A DNA stretch of 64,000 nt from the human T2T-CHM13v2.0 reference genome, Homo sapiens (GCA_009914755.4 CP086569.2:7680001-7744000), one strand, 5' to 3'. Numbered from the stretch's first letter, positions 15,801-33,835 are shown. Made by a program: numbers and translations. The notes: a model not told the origin generated them from the sequence alone.

Positions 15801-18800
15801 CCCAGCATTTAGGTGACATGGCTGTTCTGCCTGCCCCATAACCACAGAGGGAATTTGTAACATACACCTAGGCATGGCTCAGAGGAATAATAATGACTCT
15901 CATATGTAGATTCAGCCAATAGAGGATATTTTGACTCTTATAACTCAGTTTAGGGACATGCATGATGTCCTGGATCACTTTCATGTACAAACATCACAAA
16001 AGATTACAATGCTCAAATATGTCTTACAAAGTGTTTGGGTTATATAGACAGAGTCAAAGAAGGGCTCAACACAGAGATGAAAGTGTAAGTCTTCTATGCA
16101 CACCCACCTGACAGTAAGAATTGCCATTATCTTGCATGAAGTCAACTGTTACACATGAAAACAGGACTTGCGAGTTATTGCCAACTTTATATTTGGAATT
16201 TTCTGACAGTGGGATGGTGATCTTTGTCAGAGACCTGTATAATTTGACTCTCCAGACTTGCTCAGGTCCATATATGGGATTGTGATATACACCTAGGCCA
16301 AACTCGAGGTGATGTGACTCTCCTGGTCTCCTGATGTGACTCCTGATGTGACTCTGGGCCCTTCTCTCATTAAGTGTTGTGATATATCACTGGATCTAGT
16401 ATCCATGTGATGGTACAGTCTTTCCTGAGCCACGCTCACCAAAATTATTGTGGCATATTTTTGTGTCCACCATATAGGTGATGTAAATCTCCTCTCTGGA
16501 ATAGGCCTTGCACAAAGGAAGGGTAGTGATAAATTGCAAAGCCAGGCACACAGGTGGGGATACTTTTGCCAGAGCAATGCCCAAAGGAGGGCAGTTTGGC
16601 ATATCTCTGGACCTGTCACCTAGATAATGTGGCTCTCCTACTTGGTTCTTGCCATCCTGGAGAGTGACATATTTCTAGGCCAGGCACACAGGTGATGGTA
16701 CTCTTTTCCCAGGGCTATGGTAACCCAGGGCTTTGCTTCATAGAGGACATTGTGATATATCTCTGGCCCTGTCACCCAGTTGGTATTACTCAATGCTTTG
16801 GCCTCAATGAGATAGAACATTGTGACATGAAAATGAAACCTGCACCAAGGTGATGTAACTCTTTCACCTTGTTTCTGTTCTAAGGGGGACTTGGGACATA
16901 TCATAGAACCTAGCACACAGGTAATGTGGCTCTTCTGCCTGTTTTCTGCCCATGTGTCAGATTTTGACTTATACATAAAGAAGGATATAGGAGATATTAC
17001 TCTCCCTTTCTGAGTTCTCCCTACTGAAGATATTGGGATCTATCTCTGAGCCCATGACCTAAGTGATATGACTCTCTTTCCCTGCTTCACCCTTCAAAAT
17101 GGTGGGATTGTGGAGATATTGCTGAGACTAGCATTTAGGTCATGTGAGTCTACTGTTTGATGAAATTGTGACATATGTAGAACATATACCTAAGCAAAGG
17201 TGCCTGGACCTGCCTATTAATTGCACTTTTACATATCACTGGGACCAGTACACAGGTGAGGTAAATTATTAGCCTTATCTCTGCCTATAAAAGACATTGT
17301 GGCTTATATCTAGGTCTATCATGCAAGTGATGTGACTTCTACTTCCTTTTCTGTGCACTTACGGTGCATTGTGACACATAACTGGGTAGTGCACCCAGGT
17401 GATGTGACTCTCCATTCCTGTTCTGCCAACAGGAAGCTTTGTAATATATCACTTGGATCAGCACATAGGTCCTGTTTCTCCTCTCTTGCCTCACCCTGAC
17501 AGCAAGGGAGATTTTAACATATTACTAAACCCAGTGCCAAAGTGAGGTCACTTTCATACCTTGGTTTTGCAAATAACAGTCATTGTGACATATATCTAGG
17601 CCAATTGCCTAGGTAAAATGAATCTCCTCAACTTCTTAAGGCCTGCCCAGAAAATGAATTTTGATATATCACTAAAACCAGCATCCAGGAAATGTGACTC
17701 TTCTTCCAGGGTCCTGGACACATGAAAGATTGTGACATCTCACAGGACCAGCACGCACCCAGATGATGTGACATTTCTGCTTGCTCTCTGCCCTTAGATG
17801 ATATTGTGCCATATACTTGAGACGAAATAAGAGGACTAATTGTGACTCTTAAACCTTAAGCCAGGTCATATGCGAGAAGGTGACTCCCATTCCTGAAAGT
17901 TTCCACCTGTGTCATTGTGATATATACTATTTCCCAGTTCTTCAACTTAATTATCCTACCAAGGTGTATCCCACAAATTAGATTTGGATATATACCTCAG
18001 CTGAGTACGTTGGTGATTTGACTCTCCTATCTTTACAATATGCTTTGGAAGGATTATAACATGGTTCTGGACCCATCATCTAGTTATCTGACTCTCCTCT
18101 CTTGCCTGGACCCTTCTTCCACCTGGGATTGTACCATTTCTAAGAACTGCATCCAAGTGGTCTGACTCTCTTGCCTGGTTCTTTCACATGCAATATTGTG
18201 ACACATCTCTGGGCCTAGCATTTCAGTGATATGAGTCTCTTCTTCTGTCTCGACATTGCTCACAAGAGGCATTGTGCCATACACTGATAGGGGCCATACA
18301 CCTGACAGTGTAACCCCCACGTTATGCAACTTTGCTGACAGTAACTTGCCAACAAGGAGAATATTGGAACACTTCTGGCTCAGTGCTTGGTGTACTTGGC
18401 TGTCATGCCTATTTCATTACCACACAGTAAGTTGTTACATACACCTAGGCACAACTCACAGGTATGATTATGACTGTCATATGTGGACCCCAGAAATTTG
18501 AGTAATTTTAAATTTCATAACTTGCCTCAGAAACAGGAGTGAATGAATCACTTTCTTGTAAAAAAGGACAAAGAAGATTTTAACAGCCTAGGATATTTTA
18601 TAAAGCCCTTGGCTTGTACAGAGATTATAATAATGGAACCCAGTAGAAAGGTGAAACTTTGAGTCTCATATGCACACCAATCTGACCATAAGGACTGTCA
18701 TCATCTCATATATATAAAGCCAAATGTCATTCATGAAAATAGGACATGTGTAGTATTTTAAATCTCATCCTCATAATTTTCTGCCAGTGTGTTTGTGATA

Positions 18801-21800
18801 TAAATCTTTGCCAGCTGAGCCACTGTATTATTTGACCCTTCAAACTTGCTCCAGCCCACAAAGTTATTTTGATATCTACCTGGGCCAAATTCTAGGTGAT
18901 GTAATGCTTTGTCCTAGGCCCTGCTCTCAGTAAGAATTATGCATATCACTAGATCCAGCACTCAGGTCATGTTACATTTTTGCCTGAGTCATGTGCACAG
19001 AAATCACTGGGACATATCACCGTGTCAACCACTTAGGTGACATAACTCTACTCATTAGAATGGGCCTTGCACACAGTGGGGAATAGTAACTTGCCTGGGC
19101 CAGGCAAAGAGGTCACAGTATTATTTCGCTAGGGCCCTGTCCTAAAGAGGGCATTTGACAAATCTCTGGGCCTATCAGCTAGGTGATGTTGCTCTCCTGT
19201 TTGGGTCCTGCTTACCTGAATAGTGACATATTGCTAGGCTAGTTACACAGGTGATGGTGCTCTTTCACCAGGGCCATAACTCAAGGAGGACATTGTGATA
19301 TATCTCTGTGCCTATCAGCTAGATGGTGTGACTCTGTGCTTGAGCCCGACCACATAGAACATTGTGATTTAAGTGTAGAACCTGCACTCATTTGCTGTAA
19401 CTCTCTAGCCAGGTTCCTGTCTTAAGGGAGACTTGTGATGCATCTCCAGACCAAGCATCTTCTGCCTGGCTTCACCTAACATGTTAGATTATGCCATAAA
19501 CCTAGGGAAGTACCAACGTGATATGACTCTTCTGTTATGCCTGAGTCTTACCTACTTGGGACATTAGACTATATATCTGAGGCTGTGTCTTAAGTAATGT
19601 GACTATTTTCTTTTGCTTGTTTGTTTTGTTTTGTTTTGTTGTTTGTTTTTACAATGAGTTGATGTAACATATTGCTATGCCAAATAATTAGGTAATATGA
19701 CTCTTCATTTTTTAACAAACTGTGGCCATAAAAAGGAATTTTGATGTATTGCTGGGCCCAGCACCAAGATGTTGTTCCTCTTCTGACTGGGTCCTGCGTA
19801 AAGATAGAATTATGGCATACTGCTGATGATCTAACTCTCCTGATTCTGCCAGAGCAACAGAAAGTATTTTTACATACCTTGGGTCAATTCTGTAGGTGGT
19901 TTTGCTCTCATTATTTTTCTGGGTTTGTTTTATCCACATTTGGGATTGTCTCATATTGCTGGGTCCAGCACCCAGTTATTGTAACCCGCATTCCAGACCC
20001 TGCATAGAAAGGGCATTGTGACATATTTGCTTGGCACAGAATGTAAGTTGTTCTACCCTCCTGCTATTTTTTTCTACAAATGGGTTTATGAAATTTACAT
20101 TGCTTCATTTCAGAGGTATGATTATCAACTGAAATTGGAATTCTACCAATAGCAGATGTTTTGTCTCTCATCACTACACTACAACTTTGAGTTGCAAATT
20201 TGAATAAAGCTAACAAAAGTTTAAAATAGTAACTCATACTATATAAAATCCTTGGATGGTACCTAGAACTTTATAAAAGGGCCTAGCAAACAGTTAAAAT
20301 CGTGGCTGTTGTTTACACATTCAGGTGAGAGCAAATGTTGTCATCATCTCACATTTACAAAGCTCAGTGTTGAAGTCCTGAGTTTCAAATATAAATAAAG
20401 TAAAGAGATGGAATTGTGACTTTTGTATGTCGATTTTGATACAGGTGAGATGGTGACTCATTTCTGGACACAGATCCGGGACATAATAATGAGCGATCCT
20501 GTCTAAACCCAGCCTATAAGAGAGATGAGGACTATCATAACTGGGTTTATAGCAATATGTAGGATTGTGAGTTAATGTGAGCATGTAGGCCACAGAAAAG
20601 ATTGCAACTCTCATGAATGTCGCATAAAGCTTTCGGCTGTTGTAGAGTGTGTTGTATGATGACTCAGAACACACATGACATTGCACCTTTTATATACACA
20701 CCAAGCTAACAATCAAAGACATCACCCTAATACATGAAGAGGTTGTGTCATATCACTGGGTCCAGTACCTCTAGGTATTGAGAACTTTCGGTTAAATTCT
20801 ATTTTCATGGGTGCTTTGTGAAATATCCCTGTGTTAGATTTGTAATAATGTGACTCTTCTGCTTGGACCCTGCCAACAGTGGATATTGTCAAATATCTTC
20901 ATTCCTATCAGCTAGATGGCGTGTCTCTCCTGCCAGTTCACTGTCCACTGGGATACTGTGACCTATTGTTAGATATTGCATCTAGGTAATGTGAATCTAC
21001 TTTCCTGCCTGGATCCTGCTCTCTGAAGAAATTGTGACATACCACTGAGTGTAAAACCTAGGTGATGTGACTCTCCTCTTTATCCTGGACTCTGCCAAGA
21101 GGGGAATTATAACATATTGCTGAGCCCTGTACCAAGAGAATGTGACTATCCACTCTATTTTCAACCCTGTATATGGTGGGCATGATTGTATATTATCTGA
21201 GACTGTGCCCAGGTGATATGACTCTTCTGACTGGATCCTGCCTACAATGGACATGATAATCTATCCCTGGATCAGAACCCAGATGATGAGACTCTTCTTT
21301 CTTGTCTCTGCCCGAAGCTGAAACTGGGACTTATAGCTGGCTTCAGCTCATATGCACAATAATAAATCTCATAACTAGACCCAGTCAGGGAAGGTTTTTT
21401 GACTCTCATAGCCAGCCTTACCGCCATGGGTAAAGTCCAAGATCACCCACCTGTAAGAATTCACAGTAACATATTCTATTTAGGCATATCACATAAAGCC
21501 TGAGTGGTACAAAGGGTGTCATAGCAGGCAACAGATACCAGGTGCTACTGTGACTCTTGGATTAACACTCACCTGATACAATTGTTATTCTCACACATTA
21601 ACAGAGTCTACATATGAGGTACTAAATCTCACACATATAATCAGTAGAAGCTTGAAATTGTTGCTTTCATGCATGAATCTGATCCACAGGTTGTTAGGTG
21701 ACTTTTGAACCATGATTCAGCAGAACAGTGGTGCTGTGACTCTCCCACTGGAACACAATCTTCAGGTGGGATTGGGACTCTTATACATGAATCTTGCTTA

Positions 21801-24771
21801 TTGTTGAGATTGTGACTACCATACTTTGACCCAATTCACAGGAGGTGTTGACTTTTATCAACATCTGAGTGATTTAACTATGTTTCTACACCCAGGGCAC
21901 AGTTGAAATTGTGACATACATGCACCAAACACCTAAGCAATGTATGACACTTTTTTCACCATGTGACAAAGGGCACTTTTACATATCACTGTGACAAGCA
22001 CACAGGTGATGTGAAATCTTGCCCTGACGCCTGCCTAAAAACAGCACTGTGGCTTTTATCTAGGTTCATCCCATAAGTGATGTGACTGCTTCCTTCTACC
22101 TTGGCCCTGCATTTACAATGCATTGTGACACATAACTGGGCACTGCACTCAGATGATGTGACTCTTTTTGTGGGGGCTTTGCCAATAGGAAGCTTTTTTA
22201 TATATTCCATGGCTCAGTATCTAGGTAATGTTTCTTCTCTCTTTCCTGGGCCCTGACCAGCAAAGAGATTGTGACATGTGGCTGAACCCAGCACCAACAT
22301 TAGGTCACTCTTCTGCTTTGGTTCTTCACATAGCAGCTTTTGTGACATATATTCATTCCAATTGCCAAGATGAAGTTTTCCTACTGTTCTTCCTAAGCCT
22401 TGCCTACAGGGGGCATTTACATATATCACTGTAACCAGGATCCAGGTGATGTGACTCTTCTTCCAGAGTCCTGCCCAAAAGTAGGATTGTAACATTTCAC
22501 TGGACTAGCACCCACACAGATGATGTGACTTTCCTTTCTTCTCCCTGCCACGGATGATATTGTGCCATATACCTGAAACCAGACCAAAGCCCTAATAATG
22601 ACTCTTGTACCTGGAGACAGGACATGTGCAGGGTGGTGACTCTCATTTCTGAACATTTCCACAGTTGTTTTTGTGACACATACCTTTGCCCAGCTCCTTT
22701 GTAATTTAATAGTCCTTTTTACTTATAGCCCACAGATTATATTTTGACACATGCCTGGGCCAAGCACCTTGGTAATTGGATTATCCTGTCTAAAAGTGAC
22801 CTCAGAAGGGATTGTAACATATCTCTATACTTATCACATAAGATATGTGACTCTCCTCTCCAGTCTAAACCCTGCTTCCATTGAAGATTGTAGCATTTCT
22901 AAGCACTGCATCCAAATGGCATGACTCTCTGGCCTGAGCCTTTCAACACGAAACATTGTGATGCATCTCTGGGTCCATCATTTATCTTATATGACTCTCC
23001 CTCTCCTGTCTGGCCTTCTTCCTCAAGGGCCATTTTGCCATAGAGCTTTGCCTAACACCCAAGTTTTGCTAATTTTCTGTTAGAGTCTTGCCTTTAAAGA
23101 GAATATTGGAATATTTCTGGCTCAGGATTTAGGTGATGTGGTTGTCCTGCCTGTTTAACCACAAGAGAGTGGATGGTGACTTATACTTAGGCACAGTAAC
23201 AGGCATGATAATGACTCTTATATGTGAACCAAGGCAATAGGAGAAATTTTGACTCTTATAACTATGTTAGGGACATGAGTGTTGTCCAGGATCACCTTCT
23301 GGTAAGAAGGTCACATATCATGACAACACCCAGACATATTATCACACCCTTGGTTTGTATAAAGAGTATCATAACAGGTCCTAGCACACAGAGAAAATTT
23401 TGAGTCTCATATACACACCCAGTTGCCAGTAAGGGCTTTCATCATAACAGATGGATGAAGGCAACTCTCCCACATGAAAACAGGACATGTGTGGTATTGT
23501 ATATCTTATTACTAGAATTTAATTCCATCATTACTGTGACATAAATTTTTCCCAACGACCTGTGTGATTTCACTCTTCAGACTGTTTCCAGGCTACATAT
23601 GGAATTTGGATATCTACCTGAGCCAAACTTGAAGTGATGTGACTCTTCTACCTGGGCCCTGCTCTCAGTAAGATTGTGATATTACTGAATCCACACTCAG
23701 ATGTGTCACATTCTTGTGACATATCTGTGTGCCCATCACTTAGAAGACAATACTCTCGTCTTTTGAATGGGCCCTGCACACAGGGCAGGACAATGACATA
23801 TTCTTAGGCCAGACACAGAGGTAATGATAGTTTTTTTCTAGGGCCATGAAAAAAAGAGGGCATTTTGACATATCACAGGGCCTGTTATGTAGGTGATACG
23901 GCTCCTGTGCTTGGGAACTGCCCCCTTGAATATTAATATATTGCTAGGCCAGGCAAAAAGGTGATGGTACTCTTGCTAGGGCCATGCTTTAAGAAAGCCT
24001 TGTGACATACCTCTGGGCATGTCACCTATGTAACTTCTTGCTTGGCCCGGCCCACATGGAGCATTGTCACATAAGGGTGGAACTTGCATCTACTTGATGT
24101 AACTCTCTTGCCTTTGTCCTTTACTAAGGGGGTCTTGTGAATATCTCAGGACCCAGGATGAGGTGATGTGGCTCTTCAGATTGTTTTCCACTCACATATT
24201 AAATAGTGGCATTTACCTAAAGAAGTACCTAGGTGATATGACTCTCTTTTTCTTCCTGATCCCAGCCTACAGGTGACATTGGGTCATATCTGTGAGCCCA
24301 TGATCTAAGTGATGTGACTTTCTTCTTCTGTATGGTCCTTTACAATGGGAAGATTTTGATATATTGATGAGCCTAGCACTTAAGTAATATGACTTGTCTT
24401 GTTGCTCAACAACACCCATGAACAGAAAACGTTTGCCATATTTCAGGGCCCAGCATGTGGATGATGTCACTCTTCTGCCTAGGTTATTAATAAGAAAAGA
24501 ATTATAGCATATTGTTTGGCCAAGAACCATAATGATGTGACTTTCCACCCTGTGCCAGAGCCATGGCAGGAATTTTGACATATCCTTGACCCTTTCCATA
24601 GGTGTTTTGGCTGTCAACACTTTGCTGGGTTTCTTCTACGCATTCTTGTATCATATTGTTGGCTCCAGTCTCCAGTTAATGTGACCCTTTTTACTAGGTC
24701 CTGCCTAAAGAGGGCATGGCGACATATTTTGTGGCACAGCACCTAAGTGACATTAACATTCTGCCTAGTTT
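6884..24771 (+). repeat. Beta-satellite-like array, '+' orientation (6884-6898 is also the right TSD copy)
   Basis: Continuous 68-77 bp units with the GTGACATAT / GGTGATGTGACTCTCC cores. Multi-kb landmark motifs recur (CAGCCAATAGGAGATATTTTGCC at about 8215, 9990, 14820, 20140; GACAGAGTCAAAGCAGGGCTCAGCAC at about 7470, 13290, 16060, 23390). Confidence 0.6.
19606..19650. repeat. (GTTTT)n-like simple repeat embedded in satellite
   Basis: ttgtttgttttgttttgttttgttgtttgttttt. Confidence 0.7.
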
Positions 24772-26748
24772 TTTTTGTTTTTTAACTTTAAGTTCTGGTG
24801 TACATGTACATAACGTGCAGTTTTCTTACACTGTTATGTATGTACCATGGTGGTTTGCTGCACTAATCAACCCAGCCCATGCATTAGATATTTCTCCTAA
24901 TGTTATCCCTCGCCTAACCCCATGACAGGCCCCAGTGTATGATGTTTCCCTCCCGGTGTCCATGTGTTCTCATTGTTGAACTACCACCTATGAGTGAGTA
25001 CCTGCTGTGTTTGGTTTTCTGTTCTTGTAATAGTTTGCTGAGAAAGACAGTTTTCAGCTTCATCCATGTCCCGGCAAAGGACATGAATTCATCCCTTTGT
25101 ATGGCTGCATAGTATTTCATGGTGTCTGTGTGCCACATTTTTTTATACAGTCTATCAATGAACATTTGTGTTTGTTCCAAGCCTTTGCTATTGTGAATAG
25201 TGCCACAACTAACAAACATGTGCATGTGTCTTTATAGTAGCATGATTTATAATCTTTTGAGTATATAGTAATAGGTATATAGTAATAGGATTGCTTGGTC
25301 AAATGGTATTTCTAGTTCTAGATCCTTGAGGAATCACCACACAGTCTTCCACAATGGTTGAACTAATTTACACTCCCACCAACAGTGTAAAAGCCTTCCT
25401 ATTTCTTTACATGCTCTCCAGCATCTGTTTCCTGACTTTTTAATGATTGCCTTACCTGGCATGAGATGATATCTCGTTGTGACTTTGATTTGCATTTCTC
25501 TAGTTAACAGTGATAATGAGCACTTTTTATATGTTTGTTGGCTTCATAAATGTCTTCTTTGGCGAAGTGTCTGTTCACATCCTTTGCCCACTTTTTGATG
25601 AGTTTTCTTTTCTTTTTTCTTGTTAATGTGTTTAAGTTCTTTGTATATTCTGCATATAAGCCCTTGTCAGATGGATAGATTGCAAAAAGAAAAATTCTTC
25701 TAGTTTGGAGGTTGCCTGTTCATTCTGATGGTAGTTTATTTTGCTGCACAAAAACTCATTAGTCTAATTAGATCCCATTTTTCTGTTTGGCATTTGATGC
25801 CATTGCTTTGGTGTTAAAACATGAAGTCTTTGCCCATGCCTATGTCCTTAATGGTATTGCCTAGGCTTTCTTCTATGATTTTTTATGATTTTAGGTCTTA
25901 TGTTTAAGTCTTTAATCCATCCTGAGTTTTTTATTGTACAAGTTGTAAGCAAGGGGTCCAGTTTCATTTATCTGCATATGACTTGACAGTTTTCCCAATA
26001 CAATTTATTACACAGGAATTCTTTTCCCCATTGCTTGTTTGTGTCAGGTTTGTCAAAGATCAGATGGTTGTAGATGTATGGTGTTATTTCTGAGGCTTCT
26101 ATTCTGTTCCATTTTTCTATGTAACTGTTTTGGTACCAGTACCATGCAATTTTAGTTACCATAGCCTTGTGGTATAGTTTGAAGTCAGGTAGTGTGATGC
26201 CTCCTTCTTTGTTCTTTTTGCTTAAGATTGTATTGGCTATGTGGGCTCTTTTTTTGTTCCATATAAAGTTTAAAGTAGTTGTTTTTTTCCAGTTGCATGA
26301 AGAAAGTCATTGGTAGCTTATGGAGATAGCACTGGTTGTGTGAATTACTTTCAGCAGTATGGTCATTTTCACGATATTCAATATTCCTATCAATGAGCAT
26401 AGAATTTTTTTTTCATTTGTTTGTGTCCTCTCTTATTTCCTTGAGCAGTGGTTTCTAGTTCTCCTTAAAGAGGTTTTTCACACCCCTTGTATATTGTATT
26501 CCTAGGTATTTTGTTCTCTTTGTAGCAATTGTGAATGGGAATCCATTTATGATTTGACTCTCTCTTTGTCCATTTTTGGTATGCAGGAATGCCTGTAATT
26601 TTTACACATTTATTTATTATCCTGAGACTTTGCTAAATTTGCTTATCAGCATAAGGACATGTTGGGCTCAGATAATGAGGTTTTCTAGATATACGGTCAT
26701 GCCAACTGTAAATAGAAACAATTTAACTTCCTCTTTTCCTACTTGAAT
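24772..26748 (-). mobile_element. LINE-1 3'-end fragment (about 2 kb), older and more diverged than the 2556 element
   Basis: It begins with poly-T/TTAACTTTAAGTTCTGGTGTACATGTACATAACGTGCAG, the reverse complement of an L1 3' end. ORFs 24914-25225(-) and 25117-25302(-) give ORF2 C-terminal-like peptides. Satellite resumes at ...AACTAAGTTTAGGGATCC. Confidence 0.8.
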
Positions 26749-29300
26749 AACTAAGTTTAGGGATCCCAAATGTCTTGGATTTCCTTCTTCTACAAAGGTT
26801 ACAAACAATTACAAAAAGCACACATATTTTACAAAGTCTTTAGTTATACAGACAGAGTCAAACAGGGCTTGGTACACAGTAGAAATTGTGAATCTCATAT
26901 GCACAACCAGCTGACAGTAAGAATTGTCATCATCTCATGTGGATAAAACCAAAACCAACTGTCATACATTAAATCAGGACATGTGGCATTGAAAATCTCA
27001 CCCTTGGAATTTTCTAACAATGTGATTGTGATACAAATATTTGCCAAACACCTGTTTAATTTGACTCTCCAGGTTTGCTCCAGTGTATATATGGGATTAT
27101 CATATATACATAGGCCAACCTAGAGGTGATGTGACTCTCCTGTCTGGGCACTTATTTCAGAAAGGATGTGATATATCACTGGATCTAGAACCTAGGTGAT
27201 GTTACATTCTTGCCTGTGCCAGCCACATCAAAATTATTGTAACATATTTCTGTGTCTACCTCATAAGCTACGTAACTCTCTTCTCTGGAATGAGCCCTAC
27301 GCAAAGGAATGATAGCAACAGATTGCAATACCAGGTGCACAGGGGAGGGTATTCTTTTGCCAGAGCCATGCACACAAAAGGGCATTGTGACATATCTCTG
27401 GGTGTATCAGGTAGGTGATGTGGCTATCCTGTTTGGGTCCTGCTAACCCTGACTATGATATCTTTTTGGCCAGGCACACAGGTTGTGGTACTCTTTCATC
27501 AGGGCTATGCTTCATAGAGGTCATTGCGACATATCTCTGGGCCTATCCCCTAGGTGAAGTGACTCCCTCCTTGGGTGCTACACATATGGAGGCCACATGG
27601 AGCACTGTGGCATAAAAAGAGAACCTGCACCTAGGTGATGTAACTATCTTTGCTGGGTGCCATCCTAAGAGAGCCTTGTGAAATATCTCCAAACCCAGCA
27701 CTCTGGAGATGTGGCTCTTCTGTCTAATTTCTTCACACATTTTACATTGCAACATATTTCTAAGGAAGCACATAGGTGATATGACTCCCCATGTCTGCTT
27801 GAGCCCTGCCTACTGAGGACATTGGGACATATCTCCGAGCCCATGACCTAAGTGATGTGACCCTCTTTTTCTGCCTGTGCCTTCACAGTAGGAGGATTTT
27901 GGCACATTACTGATCCCAGCACCCAGAATATGTGACTCTCCTCCTTTTCCCAAGCCCTTCCCACAAAACAGGAATTTTGACCTACAGCAGGGCCCAGCAG
28001 TCAGATGATGTTACTCTCCTGCCTTGCTTCTGCATATAGAAGAACTTATGGCGTATGGCATATTGCTTAGCCCAGGACCATTATTATGTGACTCTCCTCC
28101 TGTGCTGTAGCCACTAAAGGTATTTTGACATATGTTGTGCTCTTTATTTAGGTATTTTGGCACTCATAACTTGGCTGGGCTTTTTCCACATGTGAGATGG
28201 TGTCATATTGCTGGGTCCAGCACCCAGTTAATATGACCAAATTTCCTACACCCTGCCTAGAGAATGCATTCTGACATATTGCCTGGCACATCATCTAAGT
28301 GATGTTACCCTCCTGCCTAGTTTTTGCCCACATATGGGATTATGACATTTACCTTGTTTCAGTTCACAGATATGATGTTCAAACTTATACTGGGATCAGC
28401 CAGTAGAAGACATTTTGCCTTTCGTTTTTAGTCTTGGGAGAATAGATAATGTCCTCGGTTTCATATATGCAACAACTTCACAGAAGCTTACAACACTAAC
28501 TTACATCATATACCCGTTGGTGGTATAAAATTTCATAACAAGACCCAGCTAAAAGTTCAGATTAGGACTCTAGGTTATAAAGCCAGGTGAAATTAAAAGT
28601 TGTCACCATCCCACATTCACAATACCCACTCTTGAGAACAGGATTCTAATAAGAGAATACAGCACAAATTTGGAATTGTGACATTTATATGTGGCTCTGG
28701 CCACAAGTGGGATGGTCACTGATTTTTAGACCCAATCCACAGAAATAATAATGGGTCTTCTTCCCAAACCCTGCCTATAGGAGAGATGTTGACTATCAAA
28801 CGTGGTTTAGGTTAATATGTAAGATTTTGAGTTCATACCAGCACGTAGGCCTCAGAGAGCTTTGTAACCCTTATGCAGGTTTTTTAAATCCCTTGCATGT
28901 TGCAGAGGGTAATATATTGTCCCACAAAGCATGAGAGATTGTCATTCTAGCATACACACTCAGCTAAAAGTTAAGGTTGTTACCCTCAAAGATGATGACA
29001 TTGTGTCATATCACTGGGCCTAGAACCCAGGTGTTGAGACTTTTTAGCACAAATCCCTTTTCATGGGTGCATTGTTATGTATTGCTGGGTCAGAATTACA
29101 ATAATATGATTATTCTACCTGAGCCCTGTCAACAGCGTATATTATCACATATCTCTTGGCCTATCTGCCTCCAGAAAAAAAAGAATTGAAATTTCACAGA
29201 AATTAGTGTCTAAATGGTGCAACTCTACTCTCCTGCCTGGGTCCTGCTTACCAAAGGAATTGTGACAAACAGTTGAATGAAAAACCTACATAGTATGTCT
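26749..29300 (+). repeat. Beta-satellite-like array, '+' orientation
   Basis: Same monomer family. Landmarks sit at about 26870 and about 28400. Confidence 0.6.
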
Positions 29301-31488
29301 CTCCTCTTTATTCAAAATTTTATTTCTGTGCTGCATTCTGCTTCATTACTTTCATATTTTACCTTTATACTGGTACCAAAATGCTTTGATTACTTTAGGT
29401 TTGTTTTGTGTTTGGAAATGCTTAAGTGTAATGCTTCCACTATTTTTCTTCTTTTTAAAGATTGCCAGGATTTTCATGTAGTTTTGTGGGGTTTTTTTTT
29501 AATTTCTATTCTTGGGAAAATTTAATTTAAAATTTAAAATTAGCCTGTTGAATGTGTGGATCACTTTAAGTCACATGGACATATTTACAATATTATGTCT
29601 TCCAACCCTTGATAAAGAGCATGCTCAAAAGTGTGTTATTGGCCAGGCATGGTGTCTCATAATTGTGATCCCAGCACTTTGGAAGGCTGAAGAGGGTGCA
29701 TGGCCAGATCAGGAGATGGAGACCATTTTGGCCAACATGATGCAATCCCTCATCTACTGAAATTCACGAAATTAGCTGGGCATGGAGGTGTGCACCTGTA
29801 GTTCCAGCTACTGGAGAGACTGAGGCAAGGGAATTGCTTGAACCTGGAAGTGGAGGTTGCAGTTAGCCGAGATCATGCCACTGCACTTCATCCTAATGAC
29901 AGAGTGATACTGTATCTAAAAAGAAAAAAAAAACTGGGTTGCTATTTTTTATAATTTTTTTGAATTTTTCAGCTTTTCTTCCATTACTGATTTCTAGTTT
30001 CATTCCATTTGGGCTATAAAAAATTTTCAGTAAAATTTAAATTAAAAAAAATTGTTAAGGTTTCTTTTGTCAGTCACAGGTAATCCACATAGAAAAATAT
30101 TTTATAAACTATTTAAAAATGTGTATTCTGTTGCATATATGCATTTGTTAGGTATATATATTGTATAGTGCATTCAAACTTTTTGTTCCCTTATTGATAT
30201 TCTGTCTTACTTTATTACTGTAAGTGGCATATAAATGTATTCTTCCATTATTATATTGCTCTCTATTTTTGCTTCAATTCTGTCAATGTTTGAATTATGT
30301 GTTTGGGAATATTCTCATATATTTATAGAATCTCAGTGAATGAACCCTCTTAATATAATTGAATGTCCTACTGTGTCTCTTGTGAATTTTGACTTGAAGC
30401 AAATTTTGTAAAATATGTCAGTTTTCAACTTAATAAATTGTTGCCTTTTCTCCTCTTATTTGGTTAACACTTGCATGACATGTATTTTTTATCCTGCCAT
30501 TTTTAGTCTTTTTTTTATTAGGTCTGCAGTAAGTCTCTTGAAGACATGACATGGTTAGATCTTGATATAGATCATGATATAGCTCGTTTTTTTCTTTTTC
30601 ATTTTAAAGGATACTTTTGCTGGATATAGTATTCTCATTTAGACTTTCTAAAAAGTAAAAATTTCTCATCAAAGTTTTCCTTCTTTTAAATAATAAATAA
30701 TAAATCTTAGAAATAATATTTACTTTTGAAGATTAACTTTCTTCAAAGCCTTCTTATTTTCTGCTAATAACTCTTTATTAAGCTCTATTCTATGTAGCTG
30801 TTACATATAAGGGAATGAGTACATTCTATGTCCTTGAACTTTGACCAAGATGTTTGTTCTGTACATGTTGGAGTATGTCCCAGCTTGCAGATTATGCCCA
30901 TTTCTCATTTGGGAATGTTATTACTTCTCTAAATTTTTTGCAAGCAACTTTCTCTTTTTCTTTGTTCTCCATTGTCTTTACCTATTTAGGGAACTTTTAG
31001 GTTGTTACCCAATCAGGTTTAGCTTAGACTGTGATGTCCAGCTCCAACTAGTGGAGATAGGACACAGAAGTAAGGACCCAAGGCATACAAGATAAATATT
31101 TCTGACTTTCTTTTTCATTGTGCTCTCATGACAGGATTGCTGATGAGCAGAACCCTGTCTGCAGAAAGTAAAACTGACTTGCTGAGAAAATTATTTGTCT
31201 GAGCACTAGTTCTACTTTTTGGTACCAAGAAAGAGGGATTTCTAAAGTATTTTTTTTCAATGTTTTAAGTATGTTATCCTGCTTCTTTCTTCCTGAAAGA
31301 TTTATGTTCATAAACTTACTGGTAATCTTATAGAAGCACGTGTACAAATAACATATCTTTTTTTTCTTCCTGCATTCCAGATTCTCTTCTTCTGTGTGAC
31401 TTTCAAAACATTGCTTATATGGGGTCTTGTTAGTAATTTTTTTGTGTTAATGTTAATTGAAACCTAAGCTGCTTCATTTTCTTTTTTA
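29301..31488 (+). mobile_element. Ancient LINE-like, AT-rich interspersed-repeat block (copy A)
   Basis: Non-satellite sequence. It is the paralogue of 47468-49110 (inverted) and of 55330-56725. It contains ...GGATACTTTTGCTGGATATAGTATTCT..., reminiscent of old L1 antisense sequence. Family is not verified. Confidence 0.4.
29641..29934 (+). mobile_element. Alu inserted in block A
   Basis: GGCCAGGCATGGTG...GAGATCATGCCACTGCACT... followed by a poly(A). The orthologous Alu is present in copies B (48460-48752, minus) and C (55726-56020, plus). Confidence 0.85.
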
Positions 31489-33835
<2,347 letters not shown>
